From Alphaproteobacteria bacterium (GTDB lineage Bacteria > Pseudomonadota > Alphaproteobacteria > Bin95), in contig CBDBGH010000003.1 of NCBI GenBank assembly GCA_965205265.1, positions 4,288,001-4,352,000 on the forward strand: a DNA stretch of 64,000 nt. Direction: 5' to 3'. The translations under genes were made by a program, and so were the position numbers. Shown here piece by piece: positions 1 to 9,435 of this stretch. The first letter of the stretch is position 1; each line of letters opens with the position of its first letter. Under the pieces are notes generated by a model. The model was given only the letters and a program-made list of their open reading frames with translations, was not told the origin of the DNA and ran no database searches.

Positions 1-315
1 CATGCCGACAAGGATATCCGTGCCCGCACCACCAAACAGGTAGTCATCGTCCAGCCCGCCAACGAGAACATCGTTGCCATTGCCGCCGTAGAGCCAGTCG
101 TCGCCTCGACCACCCCAGAGCGTGTCGTTGCCGTCCTCGCCGTAGATCCGGTCGCGGCCGTTGCCACCCCAGAGCGTGTCATTGTCACCTTTACCCCAAA
201 TTGTGTCGCGGTTTCCCCAGCCGTCAATCTCGTCGCGCCTTGGAGTGCCATGGAGATCGTTTTTCTCGTCGTCTCCATTGATTCTACCGTTACCGGGGGT
301 CGGTTCGTTGGCCAT
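1..315 (-). CDS. RTX/hemolysin-type calcium-binding repeat protein, 5' part (runs off the window edge)
   Basis: Manual translation [10 protein letters not shown]...[37 protein letters not shown] has GGxGxDxLx nonapeptides; SD-like AGAGGA upstream; not in the ORF track because it has no stop in the window. Confidence 0.85.
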   Translation of the reverse strand, partial: MANEPTPGNGRINGDDEKNDLHGTPRRDEIDGWGNRDTIWGKGDNDTLWGGNGRDRIYGEDGNDTLWGGRGDDWLYGGNGNDVLVGGLDDDYLFGGAGTDILVGM

Positions 316-565
316 GGCCTATTTTCCTCTGCTGTTGTGATGGGGCTGACGCCCGGAACGATGCCAGCTTCGCGAACAACGCGCAACCGAGCATCACCTG
401 CTCCTTGCATCCCCGGCCGATCCATAGCCGGGCCGGAACGTCCGGTCAACGCCGGAGCCGCCGGAGCCGTCGTTGACTCATGTCCCAAGTTTCCGAAACC
501 ACGAGCGTGGCCGATGTCTTTCCTTGCCGACACACTGAAATTTCTGCGCAGACCTGGAGCAGCTA

Positions 566-1852
566 TTACCCGTATAAGCTGTTGCCAATGGCGTTCATAT
601 CGAAATATTCTGCATGGACATAGTCGAAGTTGAAATCCTCCCCGGTGATCTGCGACGCCTGTATTCCAACCAAGGTGACGGATCCGCTGTCCCAGGTGAT
701 CACGGTGTTCTCGCCCGACTGGCTGATCGTGAGATCCTCAAACTTCGTTTTGAGCGCTTCACCAACAATCGACGCCGGAACTGATTTAAATGCCAAAATG
801 TCCGTCCCGTCCTCGAAATCCTCAATCGTCGCATGGCCGCCGTAATGCATCCAGGATTTTCTCGCGAGGACGAAAATATCGCTGCCCGCGCCGCCGTGGA
901 GCGTATCATGGCCGCCTGGGCCAACAGTAAGAATGCCGTCTGGGCCATAAGTACGAATGCCGTCTGGGCCAACAGCAAGAATGTCGTTGCCCTCACCGCC
1001 ATGGAGCGTGTCGTTGCCCTCGCCGCCGTAGAGCCAGTCGTTACCTGCGCCACCGTAAAGGGTGTCGTTGCCCTCGTCGCCCCAGATCCCGTCCATGCCG
1101 TCGCCGCCTCTGAGCGTGTCGTTGCCGTCGCCGCCTTCGAGGCGATCATTGCCGTTGCCACCCTCCAACGTGTCGTTGCCGGCGCCGGCATGGAGTTCGT
1201 CGTTGCCGGCGCCGCCGTACAGCTTGTCGTTACCCTTGCTGCCATTCAGGTCGTCGTCGCCGCCACCGCCGTAGAGGGTGTCGTCGCCGTATTCGCCGGC
1301 CAGCCAGTCGTTGCGCTTGCCGCCGTATATCTTGTCGTTGCCGTCGCTGCCAAGGATAACGGCGTCGAAGTTGCTCCAGCCGCCGCCGATGCCTCCGTCA
1401 GTGTCGTAGTCGACATGCCAGGTGAAGCCCCTGGGCAGCGCGAAGTCGTCCCCATCGAGGGTGTCCGCCGACACACCTGTCAGCCTGATGGTGTCGCCAT
1501 CGCCGTAGCGAACAAGGGCATCGGCGCCGTCCTGCTCAATGACCAGCCCCGCGAACCCGCCCGCCTCGCCGTCGATGCGAATCGTGTCGCCGTCTTCAAA
1601 GTCGGCAATGGTGTCGTGACCGTCCCCTGCCCTGAACACGAAGGTGTCGTCGCCCAGGCCGCCCCTCATCCAGTCGTCACCGTGTCCGCCGTTCAGAGTG
1701 TCGTTGCCCTTGCCGGCCCTCAGCGCGTCGGCGCCCATGCCGCCGTTAAGAATATCGTCACCTTTGCGGCCCTTCAGGGTGTCGTCGCCGTCCCCACCGT
1801 CGAGGGTATCGGCGCCCGTGCCGCCGCGAAGCTTGATGCCTTCAACCGTCAT
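566..1852 (-). CDS. RTX calcium-binding repeat protein (probable T1SS substrate)
   Basis: Many GGxGxDxLxG repeats, two 'DTFVF..GHDTIADF' modules, SD GGGGAG upstream. Confidence 0.9.
   Translation of the reverse strand: MTVEGIKLRGGTGADTLDGGDGDDTLKGRKGDDILNGGMGADALRAGKGNDTLNGGHGDDWMRGGLGDDTFVFRAGDGHDTIADFEDGDTIRIDGEAGGFAGLVIEQDGADALVRYGDGDTIRLTGVSADTLDGDDFALPRGFTWHVDYDTDGGIGGGWSNFDAVILGSDGNDKIYGGKRNDWLAGEYGDDTLYGGGGDDDLNGSKGNDKLYGGAGNDELHAGAGNDTLEGGNGNDRLEGGDGNDTLRGGDGMDGIWGDEGNDTLYGGAGNDWLYGGEGNDTLHGGEGNDILAVGPDGIRTYGPDGILTVGPGGHDTLHGGAGSDIFVLARKSWMHYGGHATIEDFEDGTDILAFKSVPASIVGEALKTKFEDLTISQSGENTVITWDSGSVTLVGIQASQITGEDFNFDYVHAEYFDMNAIGNSLYG
911..982. repeat. 3 x 24-bp imperfect tandem repeat inside the RTX gene (ILxVGPDG-type 8-aa units)
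   Basis: gccgcctgggccaacagtaagaat / gccgtctgggccataagtacgaat / gccgtctgggccaacagcaagaat. Confidence 0.85.
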
Positions 1853-1974
1853 TGTTCATTCTCCCCTTGGTGAAGCCGCCGCGACGCGACGGCGTCCCCG
1901 GCCCCGATCCGCGCCCGACAGCCGGCCGTCAAGTAATCGATATAAGCCCCAAATGTTTCCCCGGCTGCCCCTGC

Positions 1975-1989
1975 GGGGGGGGGGGGGGG
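1975..1989. repeat. G15 homopolymer ~125 bp upstream of the RTX gene
   Basis: Direct reading ctgc-G15-t. Confidence 0.9.
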
Positions 1990-2293
1990 TAAACGCCACT
2001 CTGTCTGCCATGTCGACACTCCCAATAATGGTACGTAGGCGCACACCGACGCACCGCGCAAGAAACTGCCCTTGCGCTCGCACGACGAGTTTGGCTACCC
2101 ACCGTCCTTCAATCATGGCCGATTCAGAAGCCGATTGCAAACCACATGGAGAAATGGGTGACGTAAGAATTCCTGACTTCGACGGTTGGGCTGACTTCTG
2201 ACCGATCTCGCGTCTGGAGTTTTCAGTAAAGCCAATGAGTTGGCAGTTGCGGTGCGGTCAAGCTGCGTTGTAGTGCCTAGTAAATCTTTGAGA

Positions 2294-2328
2294 CTGTCAA
2301 TGCCTCCGCCACGCGCTACACTCCCCCC
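2294..2328 (+). promoter_or_regulatory. Putative transposase promoter, probably leaderless (same in every copy)
   Basis: CTGTCA-17 bp-TACACT, then 6 nt (CCCCCC) to the ATG; no SD. Confidence 0.5.
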
Positions 2329-3984
2329 ATGTTCGTGCGCATCAAGACCTCCCCCAACAGCCCGCGACGCTCGGTCCAGATCGTCGAGGCCGTGCGCGAC
2401 GGCGGCAAGGTCCGACAGCGCATCGTCCGCCATGTCGGCGTGGCCATGGACGAGGACGAGCTCGAGCGCCTGAGGCAGCTCGGCGAGTACGTCAAGGCGA
2501 AGCTGGAGGACGAGCGTCAGCCGGCATTGTTTGCGCCCGAGAAGATCGCTGAGCAGGCGATCCGTGTCGGCCGCCGGGGGGACGGCAAGGAGGAACTCCC
2601 GGTCGACCTCAAGCAGCTTGAAGAGGAGCAGCGCCTGATCACAGGCATCCACGAGGTCTATGGCGAGATCTACCGGCTGCTGGGCCTCGACGCGCTGCTG
2701 CCGCGCTCGCGCTACCGGGCCTCCCATGACGCGCTGTTCCATGTGGTGATGGCGCGGGTAGCCAACCCCGACAGCAAGCGGGGCAGCGTGCGCCGGCTCG
2801 AGGAGGACTTCGGCGTGAGTCTTCCGCTCGAGAAGGTCTACCGGATGATGGATCAGCTCGACGCGACGGTGATCGAGCGACTGCGCACGCGCGTCGGCGA
2901 GGCGAGCCGGTCGCTGCTGCCGGAGCCGGTCGCGATCCTCTTCTTCGATTGCACCACGCTCTACTTCGAGACGGCCGCCGAGGACGAGCTTCGCCAGCAC
3001 GGCTTCAGCAAGGACGGCAAACACAAGGACTCGCAGGTTCTGCTGGCGCTGATGGTGACGCGCGAAGGGCTGCCGATCAGCTACGAGGTCTTCCCCGGCG
3101 CCACCTACGAGGGACACAGCATGGTCCCGGTCCTGCAGGACATGCAGCGCCGCCACCAGGTGGAGCGCACGGTATGCGTGGCCGACCGGGGCATGCTGAG
3201 CGCCGACAACCTCGACGCCATGGACGCCATCGGCGGCGAGTATGTCGTCGGCGCGCGGCTGCGCAAGCTGCCGCTCGCGCTGCTGGGGCAGGTTCTCGAC
3301 CCCGGGACCTATGCCCCGCTGGAGGGCTCACAGGACCGCCGGGTCGGCGAGTGGGAGTACAAGGGCCGTCGCCTGATCGTCGTCTTCTGCCCCCAGCGCG
3401 CACGCAAGGACGCGCACGAGCGCCGCCATCAGGTGGAACGCCTGCTCGACAGGCTGGCCCGCAGCGACAATCCCAGGGAACTGCTCTCCAATCACGGGGC
3501 GAAGCGCTTCATCGCCGTCGAGGGCGACGCACGGCTCACGGTGAACCCGGAGAAGATCGCCGAGGCCGCACGATGGGACGGGCTCACCGGCGTCATCACC
3601 AATCTGCGCGACGCGCGCGTCACCGAAGTGATGGCTCACTACCAGGGGCTCTGGCAGGTCGAGGAGAGCTTCCGGATCACCAAACACGACCTGAAGATAC
3701 GTCCCATCTGGCACTGGAACCCGGACCGGATCCGCGCTCACATCGCCATCGCCTTCCTGGCCTTCGCCTGCGTTCGACACCTTGCGTACCGCGTCGCCAT
3801 CCAGAAGCGGCGGATGTCCCCGGAGGTCATCCGCTCCGCCCTCGTCCACCGCCAGTGCTCCCTGCTGCGCTGTCGGCAATCGGGCAACCGCTACGTCATC
3901 CCCTCGAAGCCGACACCGGCGGCGGAGCAGATTTACGCAACCATGGGGCTGCCCCTGACGATCACCCCGTATCAACTCGCCTGA
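2329..3984 (+). CDS. IS1634-family DDE transposase (551 aa)
   Basis: Motifs FFDCTTLYF, GFSKDGK, VADRGM, YQGLWQVEESFRITK and RIRAHIAIAF typical of IS1634/IS1549. Confidence 0.93.
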   Translation: MFVRIKTSPNSPRRSVQIVEAVRDGGKVRQRIVRHVGVAMDEDELERLRQLGEYVKAKLEDERQPALFAPEKIAEQAIRVGRRGDGKEELPVDLKQLEEEQRLITGIHEVYGEIYRLLGLDALLPRSRYRASHDALFHVVMARVANPDSKRGSVRRLEEDFGVSLPLEKVYRMMDQLDATVIERLRTRVGEASRSLLPEPVAILFFDCTTLYFETAAEDELRQHGFSKDGKHKDSQVLLALMVTREGLPISYEVFPGATYEGHSMVPVLQDMQRRHQVERTVCVADRGMLSADNLDAMDAIGGEYVVGARLRKLPLALLGQVLDPGTYAPLEGSQDRRVGEWEYKGRRLIVVFCPQRARKDAHERRHQVERLLDRLARSDNPRELLSNHGAKRFIAVEGDARLTVNPEKIAEAARWDGLTGVITNLRDARVTEVMAHYQGLWQVEESFRITKHDLKIRPIWHWNPDRIRAHIAIAFLAFACVRHLAYRVAIQKRRMSPEVIRSALVHRQCSLLRCRQSGNRYVIPSKPTPAAEQIYATMGLPLTITPYQLA

Positions 3985-4050
3985 CCGTCGACGAAGCACG
4001 GCTCGAAGAAATGCCGGATGTAGTGCCTAGCCGAAATGAGAACCAGGCAA

Positions 4051-4063
4051 TATCAACTACTTA
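4051..4063 (+). promoter_or_regulatory. IHF consensus site next to the IS right TIR (also in copies 2 and 3)
   Basis: TATCAACTACTTA matches WATCAANNNNTTR exactly. Confidence 0.6.
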
Positions 4064-5104
4064 TGCGAATCAACCGTCGAAGTCAGGACGCTGTTCACCT
4101 CCTTGAAGTCGCGTTGGTGGGCCAGATAGGCGTCGATCGCCCTGCTAGTATCCGGCGAGAACTGAATCGTCCCGAAGCCCGATGTCTGTCCTATCGCGTT
4201 GTAACGGATGCTCTCCTGGTCCGGGGCGATCGTGCCGGCGGGCAGTTGCAGCCGGTTGTATTGGCTGGAGCCGTGCACGTACAGGCTGGTGGTGCCGAGA
4301 TAGACGAGCGTGCTGTCGCGTGTGACCCGCTGGTTCTTCATCTGCGACGAGATGATGGACGGACTGGCATACCGGCGTCGGTAGTCGGCGCTGACCTGCG
4401 GGCTGAGCATCAGCAGCGCAACCAGCTTGCCCCCAAGTATTCGATTGTAGGGCGCGATCGCGCCGCAGGTGGTGATCTCGAGCAGATTGGCGCCGGCCCG
4501 CCGCCCCTTCAGCGCCTCCAGGACGATGTTGACCGCGCTTCTTACCTTGTCCTTTCCGAGCGCCGCAGGCGCGCGCTCTGGATCTGTCAGCTCTTGCCTG
4601 TGTTCGGCGATGACGAGCCGGGCCGACAGCAGACGCGACAATGCCGAAGCCCGCTTTCTGGCCACGAGTTGCTTCCGAGCGATGTGCATGCGCGCGTCGG
4701 CGGACGCCTTGGGCTCGAGCCTGAGGATGTCGTCATCGACCGGAGGCGCCGCCTCATCGTCCCAGAGATCGGCTTCGAACCGGTCCTTCTCTGACCCCGC
4801 AACCTCCTTGAGCAGGGTCTCGCGCAACTCCGAGAACTCCTGACCGCGCTGTACCAACCGACCGATAACCGCATGGTCGGGAGATTCAACTTCTTCCGCC
4901 GTGACCAGATTGGTCCACTCGATTTCCGCAAGCGACCTCTCAACCTGTCGCTCCAGCCATCCGACTTCCTCCTCAAGCGCCGCCTTGCCCCTCACGGCGG
5001 CACCGGTGAACCGTTCGACGATCGCCGCAAAATGCCAGCCGATGTATCGCTCGCGCCCCTCGCCCATTTCGAGGGGACAATTGTTGAGCGCAGCGATGCC
5101 GATG

Positions 5105-5289
5105 ACGGGATGCGCCGGGTGCGCGCCGTCTCTGACGAGGTAAAGGAGCTGCCGTCCCGGCGTCGGCACCTGGGGAATCGACCAGCTGTACCGAAAATAG
5201 CGCCAGATCTCGCGCAGACGGCGTCCGGTGGTCTGATCCACGCTCATGTCAGCTTCCTGGAGGTACGGCTTGATGGCGACGCTCAAGGC
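5105..5289. repeat. 185-bp target-site duplication, left copy (partner 7206-7390)
   Basis: Identical by visual comparison, acgggatgcgccggg...cgctcaaggc, abutting both IS ends. Confidence 0.93.
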
Positions 5290-7205
5290 CCTGACTTCGA
5301 CGGTTGGGCTGACTTCTGACCGATCTCGCGTCTGGAGTTTTCAGTAAAGCCAATGAGTTGGCAGTTGCGGTGCGGTCAAGCTGCGTTGTAGTGCCTAGTA
5401 AATCTTTGAGACTGTCAATGCCTCCGCCACGCGCTACACTCCCCCCATGTTCGTGCGCATCAAGACCTCCCCCAACAGCCCGCGACGCTCGGTCCAGATC
5501 GTCGAGGCCGTGCGCGACGGCGGCAAGGTCCGACAGCGCATCGTCCGCCATGTCGGCGTGGCCATGGACGAGGACGAGCTCGAGCGCCTGAGGCAGCTCG
5601 GCGAGTACGTCAAGGCGAAGCTGGAGGACGAGCGTCAGCCGGCATTGTTTGCGCCCGAGAAGATCGCTGAGCAGGCGATCCGTGTCGGCCGCCGGGGGGA
5701 CGGCAAGGAGGAACTCCCGGTCGACCTCAAGCAGCTTGAAGAGGAGCAGCGCCTGATCACAGGCATCCACGAGGTCTATGGCGAGATCTACCGGCTGCTG
5801 GGCCTCGACGCGCTGCTGCCGCGCTCGCGCTACCGGGCCTCCCATGACGCGCTGTTCCATGTGGTGATGGCGCGGGTAGCCAACCCCGACAGCAAGCGGG
5901 GCAGCGTGCGCCGGCTCGAGGAGGACTTCGGCGTGAGTCTTCCGCTCGAGAAGGTCTACCGGATGATGGATCAGCTCGACGCGACGGTGATCGAGCGACT
6001 GCGCACGCGCGTCGGCGAGGCGAGCCGGTCGCTGCTGCCGGAGCCGGTCGCGATCCTCTTCTTCGATTGCACCACGCTCTACTTCGAGACGGCCGCCGAG
6101 GACGAGCTTCGCCAGCACGGCTTCAGCAAGGACGGCAAACACAAGGACTCGCAGGTTCTGCTGGCGCTGATGGTGACGCGCGAAGGGCTGCCGATCAGCT
6201 ACGAGGTCTTCCCCGGCGCCACCTACGAGGGACACAGCATGGTCCCGGTCCTGCAGGACATGCAGCGCCGCCACCAGGTGGAGCGCACGGTATGCGTGGC
6301 CGACCGGGGCATGCTGAGCGCCGACAACCTCGACGCCATGGACGCCATCGGCGGCGAGTATGTCGTCGGCGCGCGGCTGCGCAAGCTGCCGCTCGCGCTG
6401 CTGGGGCAGGTTCTCGACCCCGGGACCTATGCCCCGCTGGAGGGCTCACAGGACCGCCGGGTCGGCGAGTGGGAGTACAAGGGCCGTCGCCTGATCGTCG
6501 TCTTCTGCCCCCAGCGCGCACGCAAGGACGCGCACGAGCGCCGCCATCAGGTGGAACGCCTGCTCGACAGGCTGGCCCGCAGCGACAATCCCAGGGAACT
6601 GCTCTCCAATCACGGGGCGAAGCGCTTCATCGCCGTCGAGGGCGACGCACGGCTCACGGTGAACCCGGAGAAGATCGCCGAGGCCGCACGATGGGACGGG
6701 CTCACCGGCGTCATCACCAATCTGCGCGACGCGCGCGTCACCGAAGTGATGGCTCACTACCAGGGGCTCTGGCAGGTCGAGGAGAGCTTCCGGATCACCA
6801 AACACGACCTGAAGATACGTCCCATCTGGCACTGGAACCCGGACCGGATCCGCGCTCACATCGCCATCGCCTTCCTGGCCTTCGCCTGCGTTCGACACCT
6901 TGCGTACCGCGTCGCCATCCAGAAGCGGCGGATGTCCCCGGAGGTCATCCGCTCCGCCCTCGTCCACCGCCAGTGCTCCCTGCTGCGCTGTCGGCAATCG
7001 GGCAACCGCTACGTCATCCCCTCGAAGCCGACACCGGCGGCGGAGCAGATTTACGCAACCATGGGGCTGCCCCTGACGATCACCCCGTATCAACTCGCCT
7101 GACCGTCGACGAAGCACGGCTCGAAGAAATGCCGGATGTAGTGCCTAGCCGAAATGAGAACCAGGCAATATCAACTACTTATGCGAATCAACCGTCGAAG
7201 TCAGG
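5290..7205 (+). mobile_element. IS1634-family element, copy 2 (1916 bp)
   Basis: Same TIRs and identical transposase protein. Confidence 0.93.
5447..7102 (+). CDS. IS1634-family transposase
   Basis: Identical translation to 2329-3984. Confidence 0.93.
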   Translation: MFVRIKTSPNSPRRSVQIVEAVRDGGKVRQRIVRHVGVAMDEDELERLRQLGEYVKAKLEDERQPALFAPEKIAEQAIRVGRRGDGKEELPVDLKQLEEEQRLITGIHEVYGEIYRLLGLDALLPRSRYRASHDALFHVVMARVANPDSKRGSVRRLEEDFGVSLPLEKVYRMMDQLDATVIERLRTRVGEASRSLLPEPVAILFFDCTTLYFETAAEDELRQHGFSKDGKHKDSQVLLALMVTREGLPISYEVFPGATYEGHSMVPVLQDMQRRHQVERTVCVADRGMLSADNLDAMDAIGGEYVVGARLRKLPLALLGQVLDPGTYAPLEGSQDRRVGEWEYKGRRLIVVFCPQRARKDAHERRHQVERLLDRLARSDNPRELLSNHGAKRFIAVEGDARLTVNPEKIAEAARWDGLTGVITNLRDARVTEVMAHYQGLWQVEESFRITKHDLKIRPIWHWNPDRIRAHIAIAFLAFACVRHLAYRVAIQKRRMSPEVIRSALVHRQCSLLRCRQSGNRYVIPSKPTPAAEQIYATMGLPLTITPYQLA

Positions 7206-7390
7206 ACGGGATGCGCCGGGTGCGCGCCGTCTCTGACGAGGTAAAGGAGCTGCCGTCCCGGCGTCGGCACCTGGGGAATCGACCAGCTGTACCGAAAATA
7301 GCGCCAGATCTCGCGCAGACGGCGTCCGGTGGTCTGATCCACGCTCATGTCAGCTTCCTGGAGGTACGGCTTGATGGCGACGCTCAAGGC
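7206..7390. repeat. 185-bp target-site duplication, right copy
   Basis: Identical to 5105-5289. Confidence 0.93.
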
Positions 7391-8178
7391 CTCGACCCTT
7401 TCCTCGCCTTCGAGCTCGCGTGCCGGCTCCAGCCTTGCCGCCAGCTCCGCTCCGTCCGCCATGAGCAGCCGCACGCTGCGCCGGCCCGAATGGTCTTCTC
7501 GTTCCATTCTGGCGATGAAGTCCAGGACGGCGGGGTGCCGCTTTTGCTCATCGACAACGGGCTGGAGCTCGCGGCGCAGGATGTCCTTGCTGGCTTTCAC
7601 CTCCGCTGTCGGGCGCCCCCGTACGCTTTCCTTGCGATTCTCCAGAGCGAAGCCGTAGCCCTGTTCGACGATGCGCCAACGCAGCCGCGCCAGATCGGAC
7701 AACACCCGAATGCACGCTTCATAGGCCAACACCTTCTCTCTGCCGCACGTCGCAGATCGACACCAGCCTATCTCTTCCTCCAATGCACGACCCATGTCGT
7801 CCGCGTCTTTACCATTACCCGAATGCTGGGCGCATGCGAGTCTCGTCGCGAACGCATGAAACCGCTCGGCGGCCTCTCCATCCAGAGGTGGATAAATCGG
7901 TACGATCATGAGCCTTCAGCGCCCGGAACCAGCCGCCTTACAGGAGAGACAAATGAATTGAACGTGAACGGGGTCATCCCGTGCAGGTGCTCGGGAGACT
8001 CTCGTTCTGTATCTCGGCCACTATTGATCCGCGATCCAACAAATCCGGTATGATTCCCGCTTTCCTTGCCCAAGCCGCCACGCCGACGCGCGCCCAGACT
8101 GCTTGAGCCGTTCTGCTCCGTGAGTTCGTTACCCGGCTCGGAGAGGCTGCCGACGAACATCGCCATCCTATCGCCATC

Positions 8179-8520
8179 TCACCGCTTCAACGCGCCTGTC
8201 ATGGCAAGCATCTCCAGTACGACATCCTCCGCCACCGGTTCTGAAGACGCTCCCCCGGTACTCACCCCCTCTCTGAGCGGCTTACCCGGCTTGAACTCCG
8301 GAACTTTGGAAGCAGCTATCTCCACAGCCTCGCCGGTACGGGGTTTGCGCCGGATGCGCACTGGACGCTTTCTCGTGCCGAATCGGGCGCTCCGCAAGGC
8401 GTCGCCGCTCGCGAGAGCCTCACCGGTCGCGTCGAAGACGCCCTCGACCGCATCCCTCACCGCGGTCTTGCTCATGCGCATTCGCATGGCCAGACGCCCG
8501 GAGAGTTCCGACTTGTTCAT
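8179..8520 (-). CDS. HU/IHF-family DNA-binding protein, degenerate
   Basis: MNKSEL...FGT..R..R.PRTGEAVEIAASKVPEFKPGKPL; shortened beta region, RNP replaced by RKP. Confidence 0.75.
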   Translation of the reverse strand: MNKSELSGRLAMRMRMSKTAVRDAVEGVFDATGEALASGDALRSARFGTRKRPVRIRRKPRTGEAVEIAASKVPEFKPGKPLREGVSTGGASSEPVAEDVVLEMLAMTGALKR

Positions 8521-8760
8521 CCCCGCGCTCCCGTCCGGATCAAGAGGGTTCCGTCGCAAACTGAGTAGCATGTTGCTTCGGCCGATGCGATATCGCCGCG
8601 AGCCAGGCGAGCCCTCCCGGGGACGATCAGCCCCGAAGCTGTCCACTCACGCCTGTCGGCATTCGACCCTCTCCAGGCACGCCGGCATCCAGCCATGCCG
8701 CTCCCGAAGCTGCCAAGCCTCATGCCTCGGCCAGCAACGAATCGCCGGTCATCGCGCCTT

Positions 8761-9435
8761 CTAAGGGGCTCCCGGTTCAACGTGCCTCAACTCGATTCCG
8801 AACTCGGCCGGGCTCTCGCGATAATGCAGCCCGTCATCGTCGATGAAGGCGAGCCAGTACTCTGACGCTGGCTCGGCCCGCACCGAGACCGCCGGGCCTC
8901 CGCCGACTCCCGTCAGACGGGAGTCTTGTTCATCAACGTACAAGGACAGCTCGCGCCGCACACCGAGGACCTCCCGCAGGAAGTTCTTCCCGAACTTTCC
9001 GCTCTTGCATTCGATCGCCAGGTAAATCTGGTCGTACCGGGGATAACCTATCGCCGACCCCTCAACCAACACGATATCCAACTCATGATATGCGCTTCGA
9101 TCGGTACCGGGATTCCCGGATCGCAGAACACCCTGGGTCTGAAACTCAATGTTGACGAACAATCGAAGCCCGGTCCCGTCGGGTGCGGCCACCAAAAAGT
9201 GCGGATCGTTGAGGTGGATCAGTCCGGGCGCTCCCTTGAATTTCAGCGTGTCCTTCGTCAGCGCGATTACAAAGCCCCGTCGCTTCAGATCCGTCAGCAG
9301 GTACGCAAGCACGTACAACTCGTAGAGCTTGCCTTGCGACAAACCCGACAGAAGCTCCTCATCGACGTCCGTGATCGTCTTGAACTCTTCGAATATGGCC
9401 TGAATTTCCTTTTCCGCCTCCTCCCTTTCCATCAC
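8761..9435 (-). CDS. Hypothetical protein with PD-(D/E)xK restriction-endonuclease-like motif
   Basis: ELDIVLV...LAIECKS spacing fits D...(D/E)xK. Confidence 0.6.
   Translation of the reverse strand: MMEREEAEKEIQAIFEEFKTITDVDEELLSGLSQGKLYELYVLAYLLTDLKRRGFVIALTKDTLKFKGAPGLIHLNDPHFLVAAPDGTGLRLFVNIEFQTQGVLRSGNPGTDRSAYHELDIVLVEGSAIGYPRYDQIYLAIECKSGKFGKNFLREVLGVRRELSLYVDEQDSRLTGVGGGPAVSVRAEPASEYWLAFIDDDGLHYRESPAEFGIELRHVEPGAP

Larger units (their letters stand above)
2172..4087 (+). mobile_element. IS1634-family insertion sequence, copy 1 (1916 bp; no matching target duplication)
   Basis: Perfect 17-bp TIR CCTGACTTCGACGGTTG...CAACCGTCGAAGTCAGG; same sequence recurs at 5290, 51994 and 63147. Confidence 0.92.
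4088..7909 (-). pseudogene. druA: Druantia DruA-like (DUF4338) gene, interrupted by IS copy 2 and 3'-truncated by IS copy 1
   Basis: Fragments 7175-7909 and 4057-5286 overlap by the duplicated segment; motifs IWRYFRYSWS, PGRQLLYLVRD..HPVIGIAAL, CGAIAPYNRILGGKLVA, GTTSLY..SSQYNRL. Confidence 0.8.

Noticed and set aside
900-1852. 27-bp periodic repeats resembling a CRISPR array
   Set aside because: Coding RTX nonapeptide repeats; no unique spacers and no cas genes
833-1873. 346-aa Val/Ala-rich ORF on the + strand
   Set aside because: Antisense shadow of the RTX repeats
2167-2172. GAATTC (EcoRI site) formed at the left junction of copies 1 and 4
   Set aside because: Copies 2 and 3 differ; kept only as a weak junction bias
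2949-4106. Overlapping 385-557 aa ORFs inside each IS copy
   Set aside because: Arg/Gly/Pro-rich off-frame products of GC-rich DNA whose ends vary with the flank
2172-7205. Composite transposon formed by IS copies 1 and 2
   Set aside because: Copy 2 has its own 185-bp TSD and the enclosed DNA is a druA fragment, so these are independent insertions
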